NCBI GenBank assembly: GCA_045837725.1
Contig: JBEWZL010000044.1
Span: forward strand, 310,001 to 374,000
Length of the DNA: 64,000 bases
Direction of reading: 5' to 3'
Source of the DNA: Vermamoeba vermiformis
Taxonomy: Eukaryota
Both the position numbers and the translations under genes were made by a program. The notes beneath the pieces were generated by a model. The model had not been told where the DNA came from and searched no databases. It was given only the letters and a program-made list of their open reading frames with translations. Positions 13,804-26,362 of the stretch are shown here, piece by piece (positions within the stretch are counted from its first letter, which is position 1; each line of letters begins with the position of its first letter).

Positions 13804-16358
13804 ATGGCCAACACTAGCAGACGTGTAGCAGTGATTGTTAATCACTTGAAGCCCGTCAATGAAAATACCATTGAGAAACAGGACTGTTTGTACGCGGATT
13901 TCGACTACACATCCGGTGCTTTAAATGCTTCTACGCTCGCTAAGGAGCGTGCTAAGGCCACATTCGATGTCAACGAATTAAATGTTTATTTGGAAGGTGG
14001 TGCCCACAAAGCTCAGGTAAGATATCGAAGCGGCACCGCTCCGTTTTGGATGGGATCACATTAGTTCCCCACTTTAATTTATACCTTCCATGTGCGCGTT
14101 AAAGGCTGAAACTAATACCATTATAATGTAGATGAAGAACCGCTTTATGCGTGAGCTCGAAAGGTAATTGTTCTGCCGATCTATTTCAATTTTCATTAAC
14201 GAAATGGGCGTTACTAGATCAAAAAAAAAAGAAATGCCAATAACATTTAAAAAAGCGCATTAATTAATATATCCATATTTATTGTTCTGGAAAGAATTAG
14301 TCACTTTGATCTAACCGTTACTCAATCCAGAGATCCGATCTTTAAGACCGAAGACTACTACGACAACAACCGCGATCAAGCACGCGAACGCACTATGGAG
14401 AAAATCGTTCGTGCTCTTAAATACTACGCTCAAGAAGCTGGCGATCGAGAAGCCATTGATATGCGCTCTCAATTAATCAGCTTGATTGATCCTAGCGTTG
14501 ATACTCGCATTGGTGTGCACGTAAGTTCTCTATTTAATGTCGATTTATATGTTTGAATTGAATATTTGATGTGGCTAACTCGTGCCACCAGTACGGTCTG
14601 TTCAAAGGCGCTATTGAAAGCAACGGCACTGAAGAACAAGTGGCCAAGTACGCCTATGACGTGCAGACTATGAAGATCACTGGCTGCTTCTCCATGACTG
14701 AACTCGGTCACGGCAGCTACATCCAAGGTCTCGAGACCACTGCAACTTACGACAAAGAGCGCCAAGAGTTTGTGATCAACACCCCGACCTTGACTGCGAC
14801 CAAGTGGTGGATTGGTGGTGCTGCTGAGACCGCCACGCACACTGTCTGCTTTGCTCGCTTGCTCATCGGTGAGCAGGACTACGGCGTGCACATCTTCTTG
14901 GTTCAGCTGCGCGACCCTGAGACCTTCGCGCTCTTGCCTGGCATCAACATTGGTGACTGCGGCAAGAAGTTGGTACGTATTCATAGGCACATGTGTAGTA
15001 GTGATTCTTAAACTATTTTGCAGGGTCGTCAAGGCATTGACAACGGCTGGATCCAATTCGCCAATGTCCGTATTCCTCGCGAGAACATGTTGATGAAATA
15101 CGCCAAAGTTGCCGCTGATGGCACTTACACCAAGCCGCCATTGGCTCAACTCGCCTACGGAGCTCTCGTCTTGGGTCGTGTCGCATTGGCCCGTCGTTCA
15201 GCCCTCACCATGCAACAAATTGTCACTATTGCCACTCGCTATGGTGCTGTTCGTCGTCAATTTGTAGCTGAGAAGAATGCTCTCGAACAACCCATTCTCG
15301 ACTACGCCACGCACCAATACCGCTTGATGCCTCTCTTGGCCGCTGCTTATGCCTTGCACGTGACCAGTCTGACTCTCGACAAGCTGTACGCTCCTCTCAA
15401 GAACAAGAAGGAGTTGAAGAAAGAGGACTTGAATGCACTCAAGGACTTGCACTCCACTTCAGCTGGCATCAAGTCATTCAGCACTTGGGCTGTGCAACAA
15501 GGTGCAGAAGAGGCACGTCAAACACTCGGTGGTCACGGCTACAGCTCGTACTCTGCCATTGGAGACATTGCCAACGACTTCTTGGTCAACTGCTCGTGGG
15601 AGGGTGACAACACAGTGCTCTCGCAACAGACTGCTCGCTACTTGTTGAAGGCCTTGCAGTCTGTCATGATGAGCAAGCCTCTCGGTCCCAGCGTCAGCTA
15701 CCTGAGCGAGTTGCCCAACCTCGTTGGTGCCAAGGCTAAGGTCAACAGCGATGCTGATCTCTTGGACCCGAAGTTCCAACGCGAGGCCTTGGCCTACTTG
15801 TGTGTCAAGCTCTTGACCGATGTTGCTCCTGCTCTTCAAGCCAAGATCGCCAATGGCGTGCCTGAACGTGTTGCTTGGAACGAGTCGACTGTTGAACTCG
15901 TTCAATGCGCTCGTGCTCACACTTACCACTTCATGATCAACGCATTCATTGACTACGTGAATGCTGCTCCTAAAGAAGAGATGCGCGCTGCTTTGAAGCA
16001 ATTGTGCGACTTGTTTGCCTTGAACTTCTTGGCTCAGAACTTGACTCCTCTCTTGGAGGGCGGTTATTTGACCGCTGAACAGTCCAAGCTCATTCGCCGC
16101 AAGGTGCTCGAGTTGTGCGGTTCTGTGCGCACTCAAGCCATCCCGCTCACTGATGCATTCAACTTGTCCGACTTTGTCTTGCGCAGTCCTTTGGGCCGAC
16201 ACGACGGCAATGTCTATCAAGCCTACTTCAATCAGGTGCTCAATGCTCCTAACTGCCAGCGCAACAAAGCACCGTACTGGGAGCGATTGATTAAGCCTTT
16301 GAACAACGCCACTGCCAAGATTGATTTGCCCGTGGAGAATAACGAAGAAAGCAAATAG
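13804..16358 (+). CDS. ACOX: Peroxisomal acyl-CoA oxidase
   Basis: Motifs GCFSMTELGHGS, ATKWWIGG, GIDNGWIQF, LGGHGYS and CSWEGDNTVL. N-terminal PTS2-like RVAVIVNHL. Confidence 0.95.
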
Positions 16359-16439
16359 ACTTTTTTGTTAAATAAAGCGAATAATTTTTGTTTCACGCTG
16401 GGTTTGTGACCTTTAATATATACAAATACACTGGAGTGC

Positions 16440-17752
16440 TTAGTGATTGATGAACTTGTCGTGTGACTTGATGATCACTGGAACAAGCAACTGTTCCACG
16501 TCTTGAGTGCGATGTTGATTTTCAGGCACGGAGATGGTGGTGGGCGTGGTGCTGCCTTGTTCATAGACGTGCACCGTGTGTTTGTGTTGACCTAATATGT
16601 TGCCAATCACCATTTGAACTCCGTAGTCCTTGAAGTGCTTCAGACATTTGCCTTCAAGAATTGCAGGAATGGTTTCGAGCTACACAGCGTGTAAGTTGCA
16701 TGCAGGTGATTTGACACGGAATTTGACTTACCTTGAAAGTGATGACATAGGCATCAGGACACCACTCAGACTTGAGGGGCTTAATCATCTTCGGCACGAC
16801 TGGGAATGTAATTGAGAGCGGACCTTGTGAGGACTGAATCTTGTCTTGGGCCTGCAAAGGAGTGTTAGTTCATGCAAGTGTAAGTGTGTGACTGATGTAC
16901 GTACAGTCATGTCGTCTGGCAAGTAGAAGTCAGACACAGCAGCAGATGAGAAGACAATGCCGTTCTTGCCCAGTGCATGCAACTCCATGCAGGTCATGCG
17001 CAACAAGAGCAAATATTCTTGCAGCGAGACAAACGTCAATTTCAACAGCCGATTTTCAGCCTTGACCTAGCCAGGGATTAACACTTGTGCTCTATACATA
17101 TAGTATATATCAACTCTTACTTTTTGGAATGTTTTCAATATCTCTTTTACGCTATCATTTTGACTAGGGTTCACTGAATAAAATGTGAGTGCGTTGAGTT
17201 TTCACGTGAAATTTCACACAACTCACCGGTTACAATACCATCGCCATTCACATGTAAGAAGTCCATGAAGAGATCGTCGTGCTGAATGACAAATGATCTG
17301 CTGTAAGGTTGCAACGAGTGCAATCGATGCAAGAATATAACTGAATAACCGGCTTGAAGAAAATATCTAAGGACAGTCATCTGATTAATATTGCATAATT
17401 ATTTGAATAATATTTTCGCTTACTCGGCTGCAGCTGCACCTCGTTTACCACCACTATTAAATTAATTAGATTATTTGCAAAATTATAATTATAATTTAAA
17501 TTTACCTAAAATTATCCAAATATCGCACAGTATTTTTCTCTAATGGGATCATCGTGCCTCCAGACTATTAAAATATAATTACTAATATTTCAAATTAATG
17601 AAAATTATTTAAGTGCCTACTGTGATCAGCACGACTTTTCGATTGTTAGTGGCTTGATATTTCAAAAACTCGCTTGTTTTGGCTTGCTTGTCAGCATAGT
17701 CAGTTGGTAAGGTCTTGATGCCATCATAGAAAGCTTTAACGTCGTCAGCCAT
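16440..17752 (-). CDS. PPCS: Phosphopantothenate--cysteine ligase, multi-exon
   Basis: Spliced [48 protein letters not shown], plus SAAVSDFY, VPKMIKPL and ITFKLET. Confidence 0.92.
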
Positions 17753-18380
17753 TGTTTAGTGTTCGTTGTGTTGAGATGAAATTTGTTGAAAATTAAATGT
17801 TCGCTCTAACGCTATTTGTACGCAAAATTTTATCAATTTTATTTTTCACCTAAATTGGCAACTTTTCTCGTTTTACAAGTCATAATCGAATTAGTTCACT
17901 ATTGTTATACCAAACCTCAGTAACCTGTCGCTGAATTGGTAAGGCCTCTCTGTTGCTCATTGCTGCATTTGCCTCTATCACGGCATCGTACCAGTCTTTA
18001 ATTCATAAATGCTAAAGTGGTTGCATTCTAATTACATGTAAAGATTCGGTTCCGATTCGGTGTTCGTTTAGTTATTGTAAAAATGACTCGTTGACAACCA
18101 CACAGCACTTACTTTCTCACTAAATCACGCAAGCTAGTGAAATGCGGGCGATATCTGTATTAGTAGCAGAGATGATGATCTATTTCACCCATTTTCAGGT
18201 AAAAATAGCCACGAACAGCGATTCTTTAATTTAAATATTAATCTAATAATATTATTATTATTTGGTCGCCGTAATACTTTGAAGAGATAAAAGTCGTGCT
18301 CTTTATAATAATTAAATCCGAATTTGGTGTTAATTACCAAAATTATTCTACAAATACAATAATTATTATCGGCTCCATTC

Positions 18381-20033
18381 TTACACGTTCTTTTCAGTAG
18401 CAACAGCGGATATAGTATTGATCGTGCTGGCCGAGCCTTCTAATGCAGGCTTTCTGCCACAGAACACGATGTTCATCTTTTTCTTCATGTTGTGGCCGAA
18501 GATCTTGACTGCCGACTGCGCCACAATCAACGTGCTGCGAATAACAAAGTAGACCACTGACGTCGCAGTGAAGTTTTGGAACTGCGTGGTGAGAGCAATG
18601 ATGTCGAGCATAATGTTGCCAATAATAGCCACGGAGATAATCACCGCTGCTGCAATCATGCGCTGCACGAGCTGTTGTGTCGCACGACGGCGCTTAGAGT
18701 TGTGCTCGTTGAGGGTCTTGAGCCGGGCCTGGATCTGACGAATGCAATTGCTGATGGCAACGAGGAAGAAAATAGTCGTGCCCACTCCTGTGGCATAAGA
18801 AATAGCACGCGCAATGATGCCGTAGATGCCACTGACGTTGTAAGTGCCGATAATGAATGCTTCCACCACAGTCATGGTCACCAGCGCGGATGTGCCGAGA
18901 ATGAACCACAACTTGTTGGCAATGAGCCACGACGAGGTCTTGTTGCTGATGCGCGATTTCTGATGCGAGATGTGCAGCCACTCAATGGCCAGCAAGAGCG
19001 TCGATACGACGGGGATGTTGTACGAGCAGTAGTATATAGCTAAGAGCTCTGACCGCGTGAAGAGACCCAAATAGGAATAGGGATCGAGATTGTAGATGAA
19101 GTTGAAGATGTTGGACACCGTCTCAATGATGAACACAGTGATGGCTGCATTGAAGACTAGTGCCGCCTGTTGTTTCTTGCGCTGACTGCGCTCTTTTTTG
19201 TTGGATTTGCTCTTCTTCTTGCCCTCGTCTTTGTTCTGCAGCTCTTCACCTTGATGCGACTCAGCACCAGACTCGTCGTCAGTGGACTTGTTCGTAGTAG
19301 TGTGCTTTGAAGACGTTGATTGGATTGAAACCTTGCCCGTGCTGTGACGCGAAGTCGAACTCACATCTGTCAATTTTCGGATGTAGATCGCATTGACCAC
19401 GATATAGAAGATTCCAGCAATGATTAAGATACCAAAGAACGACAAGTAGATGCCTTGATATGCCTGCAACGCACCACTCGCGTAGTAAACGAGCCAAGGA
19501 TTGACATCCGGATAGAAGTAGATCGAGCAATTATGCGCAGCCACACCTTTGGCGATGATAGCCAAATCACCAATATACAACTCGAAGAGGGGTGTAGTGC
19601 CAACCACTTTGTGCTCGAAGGGCTGATTGACCTCGCGACCAGTCTGGCCCACAAAAGTTCCATCCCCCAGCGACGAGATAATTGTGCCTGCCATGCCTGC
19701 TTGTTGTGCATAGTCGAGTTTCAGACCGTGCGAGCAACCGCCATTGTCTGACACCCACACCGTCAGTTGTTGGCCGGGAAACTCGGGCACAAAATTCTGT
19801 GCGAGCATTTGATAGTACTCCAAGTGACAGGTGGTCGTGTCGTCGAGCATGGCCATTGTCGCATTGAACGGTGCAAAATTGGGGTATGAATGCGTGTAGA
19901 CTGGCGCTGGAAACTGATAGCCTTCAAACTGCTCTGCTCCCTCACCGCGACAATTAAACAGCTGGGCAGATCTCGCCGTGGAGACTAAGAACAGCAAACA
20001 AAGAATATTAACAAGCTTGCAGCTGTGGTGCAT
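18381..20033 (-). CDS. Intronless 550-aa membrane protein: signal peptide, PA (protease-associated)-like ectodomain and 7 TM helices (GPCR-like)
   Basis: Single uninterrupted ORF with an N-terminal hydrophobic signal. GGCSHGLKLDYAQQAGMAGTIIS resembles the PA core motif. Seven hydrophobic segments follow. Confidence 0.7.
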   Translation of the reverse strand: MHHSCKLVNILCLLFLVSTARSAQLFNCRGEGAEQFEGYQFPAPVYTHSYPNFAPFNATMAMLDDTTTCHLEYYQMLAQNFVPEFPGQQLTVWVSDNGGCSHGLKLDYAQQAGMAGTIISSLGDGTFVGQTGREVNQPFEHKVVGTTPLFELYIGDLAIIAKGVAAHNCSIYFYPDVNPWLVYYASGALQAYQGIYLSFFGILIIAGIFYIVVNAIYIRKLTDVSSTSRHSTGKVSIQSTSSKHTTTNKSTDDESGAESHQGEELQNKDEGKKKSKSNKKERSQRKKQQAALVFNAAITVFIIETVSNIFNFIYNLDPYSYLGLFTRSELLAIYYCSYNIPVVSTLLLAIEWLHISHQKSRISNKTSSWLIANKLWFILGTSALVTMTVVEAFIIGTYNVSGIYGIIARAISYATGVGTTIFFLVAISNCIRQIQARLKTLNEHNSKRRRATQQLVQRMIAAAVIISVAIIGNIMLDIIALTTQFQNFTATSVVYFVIRSTLIVAQSAVKIFGHNMKKKMNIVFCGRKPALEGSASTINTISAVATEKNV

Positions 20034-20964
20034 GATTGGGTATGTAAATAAAATAAGTTTAAAATTGTGTGGACGAGCTATTTCTGCCCCAAACGCGGAA
20101 AAACTTTCAGGCTCGGCCCGGTGTGTGAACTTTCGTCGTGAAATTTTCCTTATTTACGAGCATTTAGTTTGATGAATAACATTTATTTCTGCAGGGACTT
20201 ATAGGAAAGAGGCTAAATATGATCATGCATGCAGTGCACGGTGAATGAGTGCTGTTGGCGCACTGAAATCGAGCTGAAATTGGATGCCAAGTCATCAAGC
20301 GGAGGAATGCACTGCCATATGTCGATTCAATTTATCCTCGAGCAAAGTGCCATGAGAACACTATCGATAGGACTTTATAGCACCGATATACTTTTGAATT
20401 CGTTAAAGAATTGCGTGCGGATCTGACGATTTGTGTCACAATTCAGAATTTAACTCCAATGCGGCCCCTAATAGATGATATGACATGATCAGGCGTGTAC
20501 TTCAATCATTGCAACAATTTCAAAGATATTTGTTTTGTCGGCAATGATTCGATTTGTGATGCATGACACCGTTGGATATTGGGTATATATAACTCGCTAT
20601 TAGCAATGCTCTATCTCATTGCTTGTTGACTTGTTAATGCGCTTGATCATGACTCAGACTGTCTTAGATAAACAGTTCACGACCAGTACACACTTATGAA
20701 ATCGGCTTCAATTGCAATAGTTCCGATGTTCGAGAGTTGCTTGTATTAATTTGTATTGCCATGCTTATGCACTTCTTCGTTGAGCACAATTCTGCAGTGA
20801 TTTGACGGATCTGGCGTCTTTAAATTTACACGCAATCGTAAATTAACTAAAGGGGGCTTAATTTCACAAACTCATATCGGCAGTCAGGTAAAATGTAAAA
20901 GGATGCCGCTCGTTGACAAATGTACTTTTTTGATCAACTTCATTCGTGCACAACAATTCAATTA

Positions 20965-21614
20965 ATGGAGTTCGAAGAGAACAAGCGAGGCGATCCTGTT
21001 AAATTAGCAAGAATCTTGCGCGTATTTTCGATTTTGCAGATTGTAAGGCTGAAACCGTGATCTGATCTGATCAAAATATTAAATCTTTCTATTAAAGGGC
21101 TTTGCTGTGGTAGAATTTGTTTTGTTCTTTTTAATAGTAAGTGGTAGTTTTGTGCACTCGCAGTAATTTTTAATTTTTAATTTAAAATTAATTTGTATCA
21201 GGTTGAGGATAAAACAGATTTGCAAGGCTTGGTTTTAATTGTAGCAGCACCAACAACGCTGTTATTTGCTATTGAAGGTTTTTATGCTGCCTACAACTAT
21301 GATGGATTTTTAACGACTTTGGTACGTAGCTCTCGACCTTCCCAGCCTTACTAACCTCGTATACAGTTCCTATTCTATTTGATTATACGCATCATTGTGT
21401 ATATATGGGAGGTCATTAATGCCGTACTGTTCAACTTGGGCGCGTACTTTTACGCCATACCAGCCATCAGTGCCGTACTTCGAGTAAGCTGATCTAAATG
21501 ACTCCCGTGACTAATCTAACCCTCTATTAGTTTGTTTATGTATATGTCACTGTAAATCTGATGCGCTTGTTGAACACGGATGATCTAGTGATTATCAAGA
21601 CACACGACACTTGA
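20965..21614 (+). CDS. Small multi-pass (about 4 TM) membrane protein of unknown function, 5 exons, absent from the ORF track
   Basis: MEFEENKRGDPVKLARILRVFSILQI|GFAVVEFVLFFLI|VEDKTDLQGLVLIVAAPTTLLFAIEGFYAAYNYDGFLTTL|FLFYLIIRIIVYIWEVINAVLFNLGAYFYAIPAISAVLR|FVYVYVTVNLMRLL...*, joined by canonical short GT-AG introns. Confidence 0.7.
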
Positions 21615-21785
21615 ACAGGCCCGTCACCTCAATGCCGACCAATCAGATTGACTGCTCGGAGGATGTCAATGGCTCAGCACCGTAGCTAACCATGAATATA
21701 TATCATGTTGATCTTGTCCATGGACCAACACAGAGCTACATAAACCAGCATCCAGGAGTTGTTTAACTATTGTTTTATTTGTTGT

Positions 21786-23543
21786 TTATTTGCAGTTAGC
21801 ATTGAACCACTGTCGCGCATACTCGGTGAGTCGCTTGTCCACGGCTTTGGACCGCACAGTCAAATCAACGTCCTTCAATCCACTCTCCATGTCGGCATTG
21901 TTGTTGATGAGCAGCGCCACGGTCTCGTGCATTTGATTCAAGAACTTGCCCGTGTTGTTCTTCACAATCTTGCCGTTGCAGCCCTTGTCAGCGATCTCTT
22001 GCAGTCTGCTCTCGCTCAACACTTTCTTCACAAACTTTTCAATGGCCGCGGTGACTTCTGCTTCGGGAATGTCGCGTTGTGGCTTGGCTTGAGCCTTGTT
22101 CTTCTTTGAGGGCGGAATAATAACCTCCCAATCACCTTCATTCATGCTCGGGCCTGTGTTATACAGCTTCTGTTCATATTCGCGCAGCTGAATCATAAAG
22201 CCGTTGTTGGGCTGAATCAACGATCGCTTGCTCTTCACGAAGTTGAATGCCTTTTGCAGCGTCATTTGATTGTGTCTCATCAAATAAGCTATAACTATTG
22301 TCAGCATATTTGTGGTGCAGTATTTAAAGCACATACCAATAACAATGGAAGCAGATCTGGACTTGCCGATGACGCAGTGAACCAAGACACGACGACCAGC
22401 CTCACGACATTGTTCTAATAAGAGTGAGACTTGTGCACTAACATTGCATTCAATAGGTTCTATTACCTAAGAACTCAAAGGCCTCATTGAAGATCGAAGT
22501 GACATCTTCATCGACCACATCCACCAAGTGCAACTTCTTGTAGACAATCTTCTCGCCCTCCGTCACTAATGTCATCTCTTCGAGCTTTTGATGCAAGTGA
22601 CCGTCACCGTCTAAAGAGCCATTTGATTGTGCGTCTTTCTTCTCAAACAGTGCTTCATCTTCTTTGATAGCTTTATCTACCGCGTTGTTGTTGTTGTTAC
22701 TGCCCTCAGCCTGTGCATCAATCACGTGCTGCAATTGCGTGTTCTTGACGTCAAAGCCCTCGTCTTCATCGTCGCTGTCAGGTACGCGCCATTCACGCGC
22801 GACATTCAACACGCGTGTGATGCCTAACTCGCGCAACTGTTGCTTGTCATTGGCATCGCGTCCACTGCCCAAATATAGAAAGTCGTATAATATCTCTGAC
22901 GCTCCGTGTGGAATTTTATCGATACTTTTTTGTTTCTTTTCCTTGGCCTTAGCCTGCAGCACAGTTAGTAAATGACTCGAGCAGTGCGTTGTGTGGACTC
23001 ACATCGTCAGTCTTGATGAGACTAATATAGCGTTGCGAGCCAGCACCTGCGCTCTGTGATGTCATGCCATTGCGCGTGGACAGTTTGTGCACGTGTTTGC
23101 GGTGCTCGTTGCTTAATGACGCGGGAAATTTCAGTTCCTAAGAAGTCATTTCAGGTCTCTATATGCATCAACAACGAGATCGAGTACTTACTGTGTGGTC
23201 TGCATCGTCAGCAAAGTCGCGTACACAGTCTTCGAGCCATTTAAAGGTAATGTCTTGCGGTGCGGTTAACACTAAATTAAATTAAATCAGAACTATTTTT
23301 ACTCGGTATTGTATGCTATTGTATGCATATTACAGGCTTTAATATCGACAAATAAATTATTTTAAAATTTATCTCGATTATTTCCCAGCGGTCTGGATGA
23401 GATCAAGACAATGACTAACGCAACGATTTATCGAAGACCATAGTAGTTTAATTACCTTTGACACTGGCCTTGTCCCCTTTTTGAGGCTTGGAATTCTTAT
23501 CCTCCTTGGATTTAGAATTCTTACGCTTATTGTTCTTTTCCAT
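21786..23543 (-). CDS. Dual-specificity protein phosphatase (MKP-like; N-terminal region possibly rhodanese-like)
   Basis: SEILYDFLYLGS, catalytic LVHCVIGKSRSASIVI, and AYLMR...LQKAFNFVKSKRSLIQPNNGFMIQL. Confidence 0.9.
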
Positions 23544-23691
23544 CGAGTTGCAACTGAGTAAGCAGCCGTGGTATTGGTATTATAATTTACAATTTAATCG
23601 TAACCGACAAAATGCGAAACTTAGTTTAGATTCTGAGATTTTTATGATAAAATCACAAAACACGTGCAAATGCTAGATCCAACACAAGAAC

Positions 23692-26098
23692 TTAAGGAGT
23701 AAGTCTCTCAGGGTCTCTAGGGAACATGCTAGTGCGGCGAATGTTGTCCAAGTTCAAGAAGAATTGCACAACACGTTCCAAACCAACACCGCATCCACCG
23801 TGTGGGGGAGCACCGAACTTGAAGCAGTCCAAGTAGGCCTTGATAGTCTCGAGTTCAATACCCATGGACTTGGCACGGCTCTCGAGCACGGTAGGGTCGT
23901 GAACTGCAAGAAGTGATTAGCATTGCCAAATATAGTAATAAACTAGTGGCACTTACTTCGTTGAGCACCGCTGATAATTTCCTGACCGCGCATGAAGAAG
24001 TCGTAAGAGTTGGAGTAACGCGGATCTTCAGCATCGAGCATTGTGTAGAACGGTCGAACGGCAGAGGGGAACTTGTCCACAACGAAGAAGTCAGTTTGGT
24101 ACTTCTCCTTGACGATGCGGCCCAGCAACTTCTCAGCAGGGGTGGAGAAGTCATCGAAATCTCCCATCTTGATCTCGGGGTCGTTGGCTTCGTTCACCAA
24201 CTTGACGGCCTCAGGGAAGGTCAAGCGGAGCTTCTTGAATTGGAAGGGCTCGTAGGGGAATTGGTGGCTGACTGTACGAGAATAGTGGTTAGACCGTGCA
24301 GTGGAGAGGTGCAATGATTAAATTGAAATTAAATGGTTCAGAACCGTGTCAAATCACTGGTATTCATACTACGCAGATAAGGTTGAAAAGTTGTTTCATC
24401 ATTAAATCAATCACTGTCATTATGCGCAATTATGATTGTGCGATCTGACTTACCAATGACCAACTCGTGCTTGAATTGAGTGTTGAGGCCCTCGAAGATA
24501 GTCATGAACATGTCTTCAATGACGTCCAACACCTCGTGGTAGTGTTGCTTGATTTGCATCTCCATATCGAGGCCTGTGAATTCAGTCAAGTGGCGAGGAG
24601 TGTTCGAGTTCTCAGCGCGGAAGACAGGACCGATTTCAAACACACGATCCAAGTCAGCGACAATGGCCATCTGCTTGTACAATTGAGGGGACTGGGCGAG
24701 GTAAGCAGGGCGATCGAAGTAAGTGACAGTGAACACGTTAGCACCACCCTCACTCTTGGCGGAGATCAACTTGGGAGTGTGAATCTCCACGAAGCCGTGC
24801 TTGAGCAGAGCTTGACGGAAGAAGAAGCAAGTGGCTGATTGCAACTTGAAGATGGCTTGATTGGCCGCAGTCTGGACCAAGGTCAGTAATGCTAATAACT
24901 GGCACTATGAACGGGTACTTACACGGAGGTCGATGACACGGTTGTCAAGACGCAAATCTTGCTTGACAAAGGCGAACTTTTGAGCGGCAGATTTCTTGGC
25001 CTGCAAAGTGTTGACTTGGGCCTCGAGTTCTTTCTTGGCAGCCTCGTCCTTCTCGGCTTGCAACTTCTCGAGGAGTGGGTTCAATTCAGCTTCAATGGCC
25101 TCGATCTCTTCGCGCTGTTTGTTCAACAAGGGTTGAGGTCTGTAGTCATAGGTCAGTATTAGTTATCAAATTTATCGTTCATGTCATACCTTGAGACGTC
25201 TTCGTATTGAATGGGCAAGCTGACAGCTTGAGAGATGACGAAGAACTTTTGCACTTTGATTTCAATGAATTGGTGCGTGGCTGATTCGATCTTCTCAGCG
25301 ACCTTGTTCACGACACCAACGACGTCAACAATCGATTCACGAGGAACGCTTCAAGAGAATGTCAGCAATTGTGTTGCGCCATGTAATGTAATTTCACTTA
25401 CCCAGCAATGAATTTAACCATTTCGCGCGGCAAGACATTGGGATCTTCGTTGACTTCAGCGATACCTTGCAACGAGTGGGTGCTTTGACGCAACAACAAA
25501 AAGCAAAGTTTGCTACCTGCATTGCAAGTTAACTTATAGACCTTGTGCAATAATAGTCATCGTACCAACAGGGCGAGAGTTCTGAACGCGAGCTCTGATC
25601 AAAACAGTTTGGCCAGCGTGAGATTCAGAAAGCTCAGCGAGAGAAGTATAGACGCGCTTCTCCGATTCATCGGCAGCCTTCTTTTCGACTAAAGGACGGT
25701 CACCAAACAAATGGCCATATTTTTGACGAATTTCAGCAAGTTTCTGAAGACGATCGTCAAGTTAATAAGGATACTACGACAAAAATATTTTTAAAATGTA
25801 TTTTTACCTTCTCTTCTTCTTCCTTTTGTTTTCTCTCCTATAAACAAGCAATGCATTAATTTCCGTTGATATTTTTAAGTTTTTTTTGAAATTATTTATT
25901 TTCATGAAACAAATAATTAATGGCTTTGGAAACTTACTCTCTCGGCTCTTTCAGCGGCCTTTTGCATTTTGGCTAATTCCCTACGAATACGTTTAGTTAC
26001 GTGGGGTTTCTGAATGATCGGATCTGATCTTACTTCTTAGAGGGTCCCTTCTTTGCGGCACCTTCTTCAGGCTTGGGTGGGTTGTTATTAGGCTCCAT
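23692..26098 (-). CDS. DARS1: Cytosolic aspartyl-tRNA synthetase
   Basis: [49 protein letters not shown] and [15 protein letters not shown]...[10 protein letters not shown]. Confidence 0.97.
24338..24402 (-). ncRNA. Candidate intronic box C/D snoRNA in an AspRS intron
   Basis: The sense strand reads ATGATGA (box C) ... CTGA (box D) over 65 nt inside an unusually long (~180 nt) intron. No rRNA target or terminal stem was recognised. Confidence 0.35.
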
Positions 26099-26362
26099 GA
26101 GTAATAGTGTGTTAAAGCCGAGTGAAAAAAAAACAATAAGAACACAAGGTTCTGCGTCAATTTTCAGATCATCGCGGAGGCCAGTTTTCATTCTTACATT
26201 ATTCCCTAAATGAAAATAGGCTTGCTGATGGACATATCGAATGATTGGCACAATTAAAACATTCGGAGATTTATACTCTACAAGGGTTCCTCAACCAAGA
26301 GGAGGATTCGTTGTACAATTTGACACGAGCTAGCATTTACATAATACTCAGTTAGGTCCTCC

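Noticed and set aside
20170-20960. Possible RNA gene or short ORF in this spacer (likewise 4140-4850 and 17760-18380)
   Set aside because: No tRNA, rRNA or snRNA signature and no convincing spliced reading frame was recognised.
25765-25774. GTATCCTT on the minus strand as a second U12 donor
   Set aside because: It lies inside an ordinary GT-AG intron of AspRS, and the reading frame is satisfied without it.
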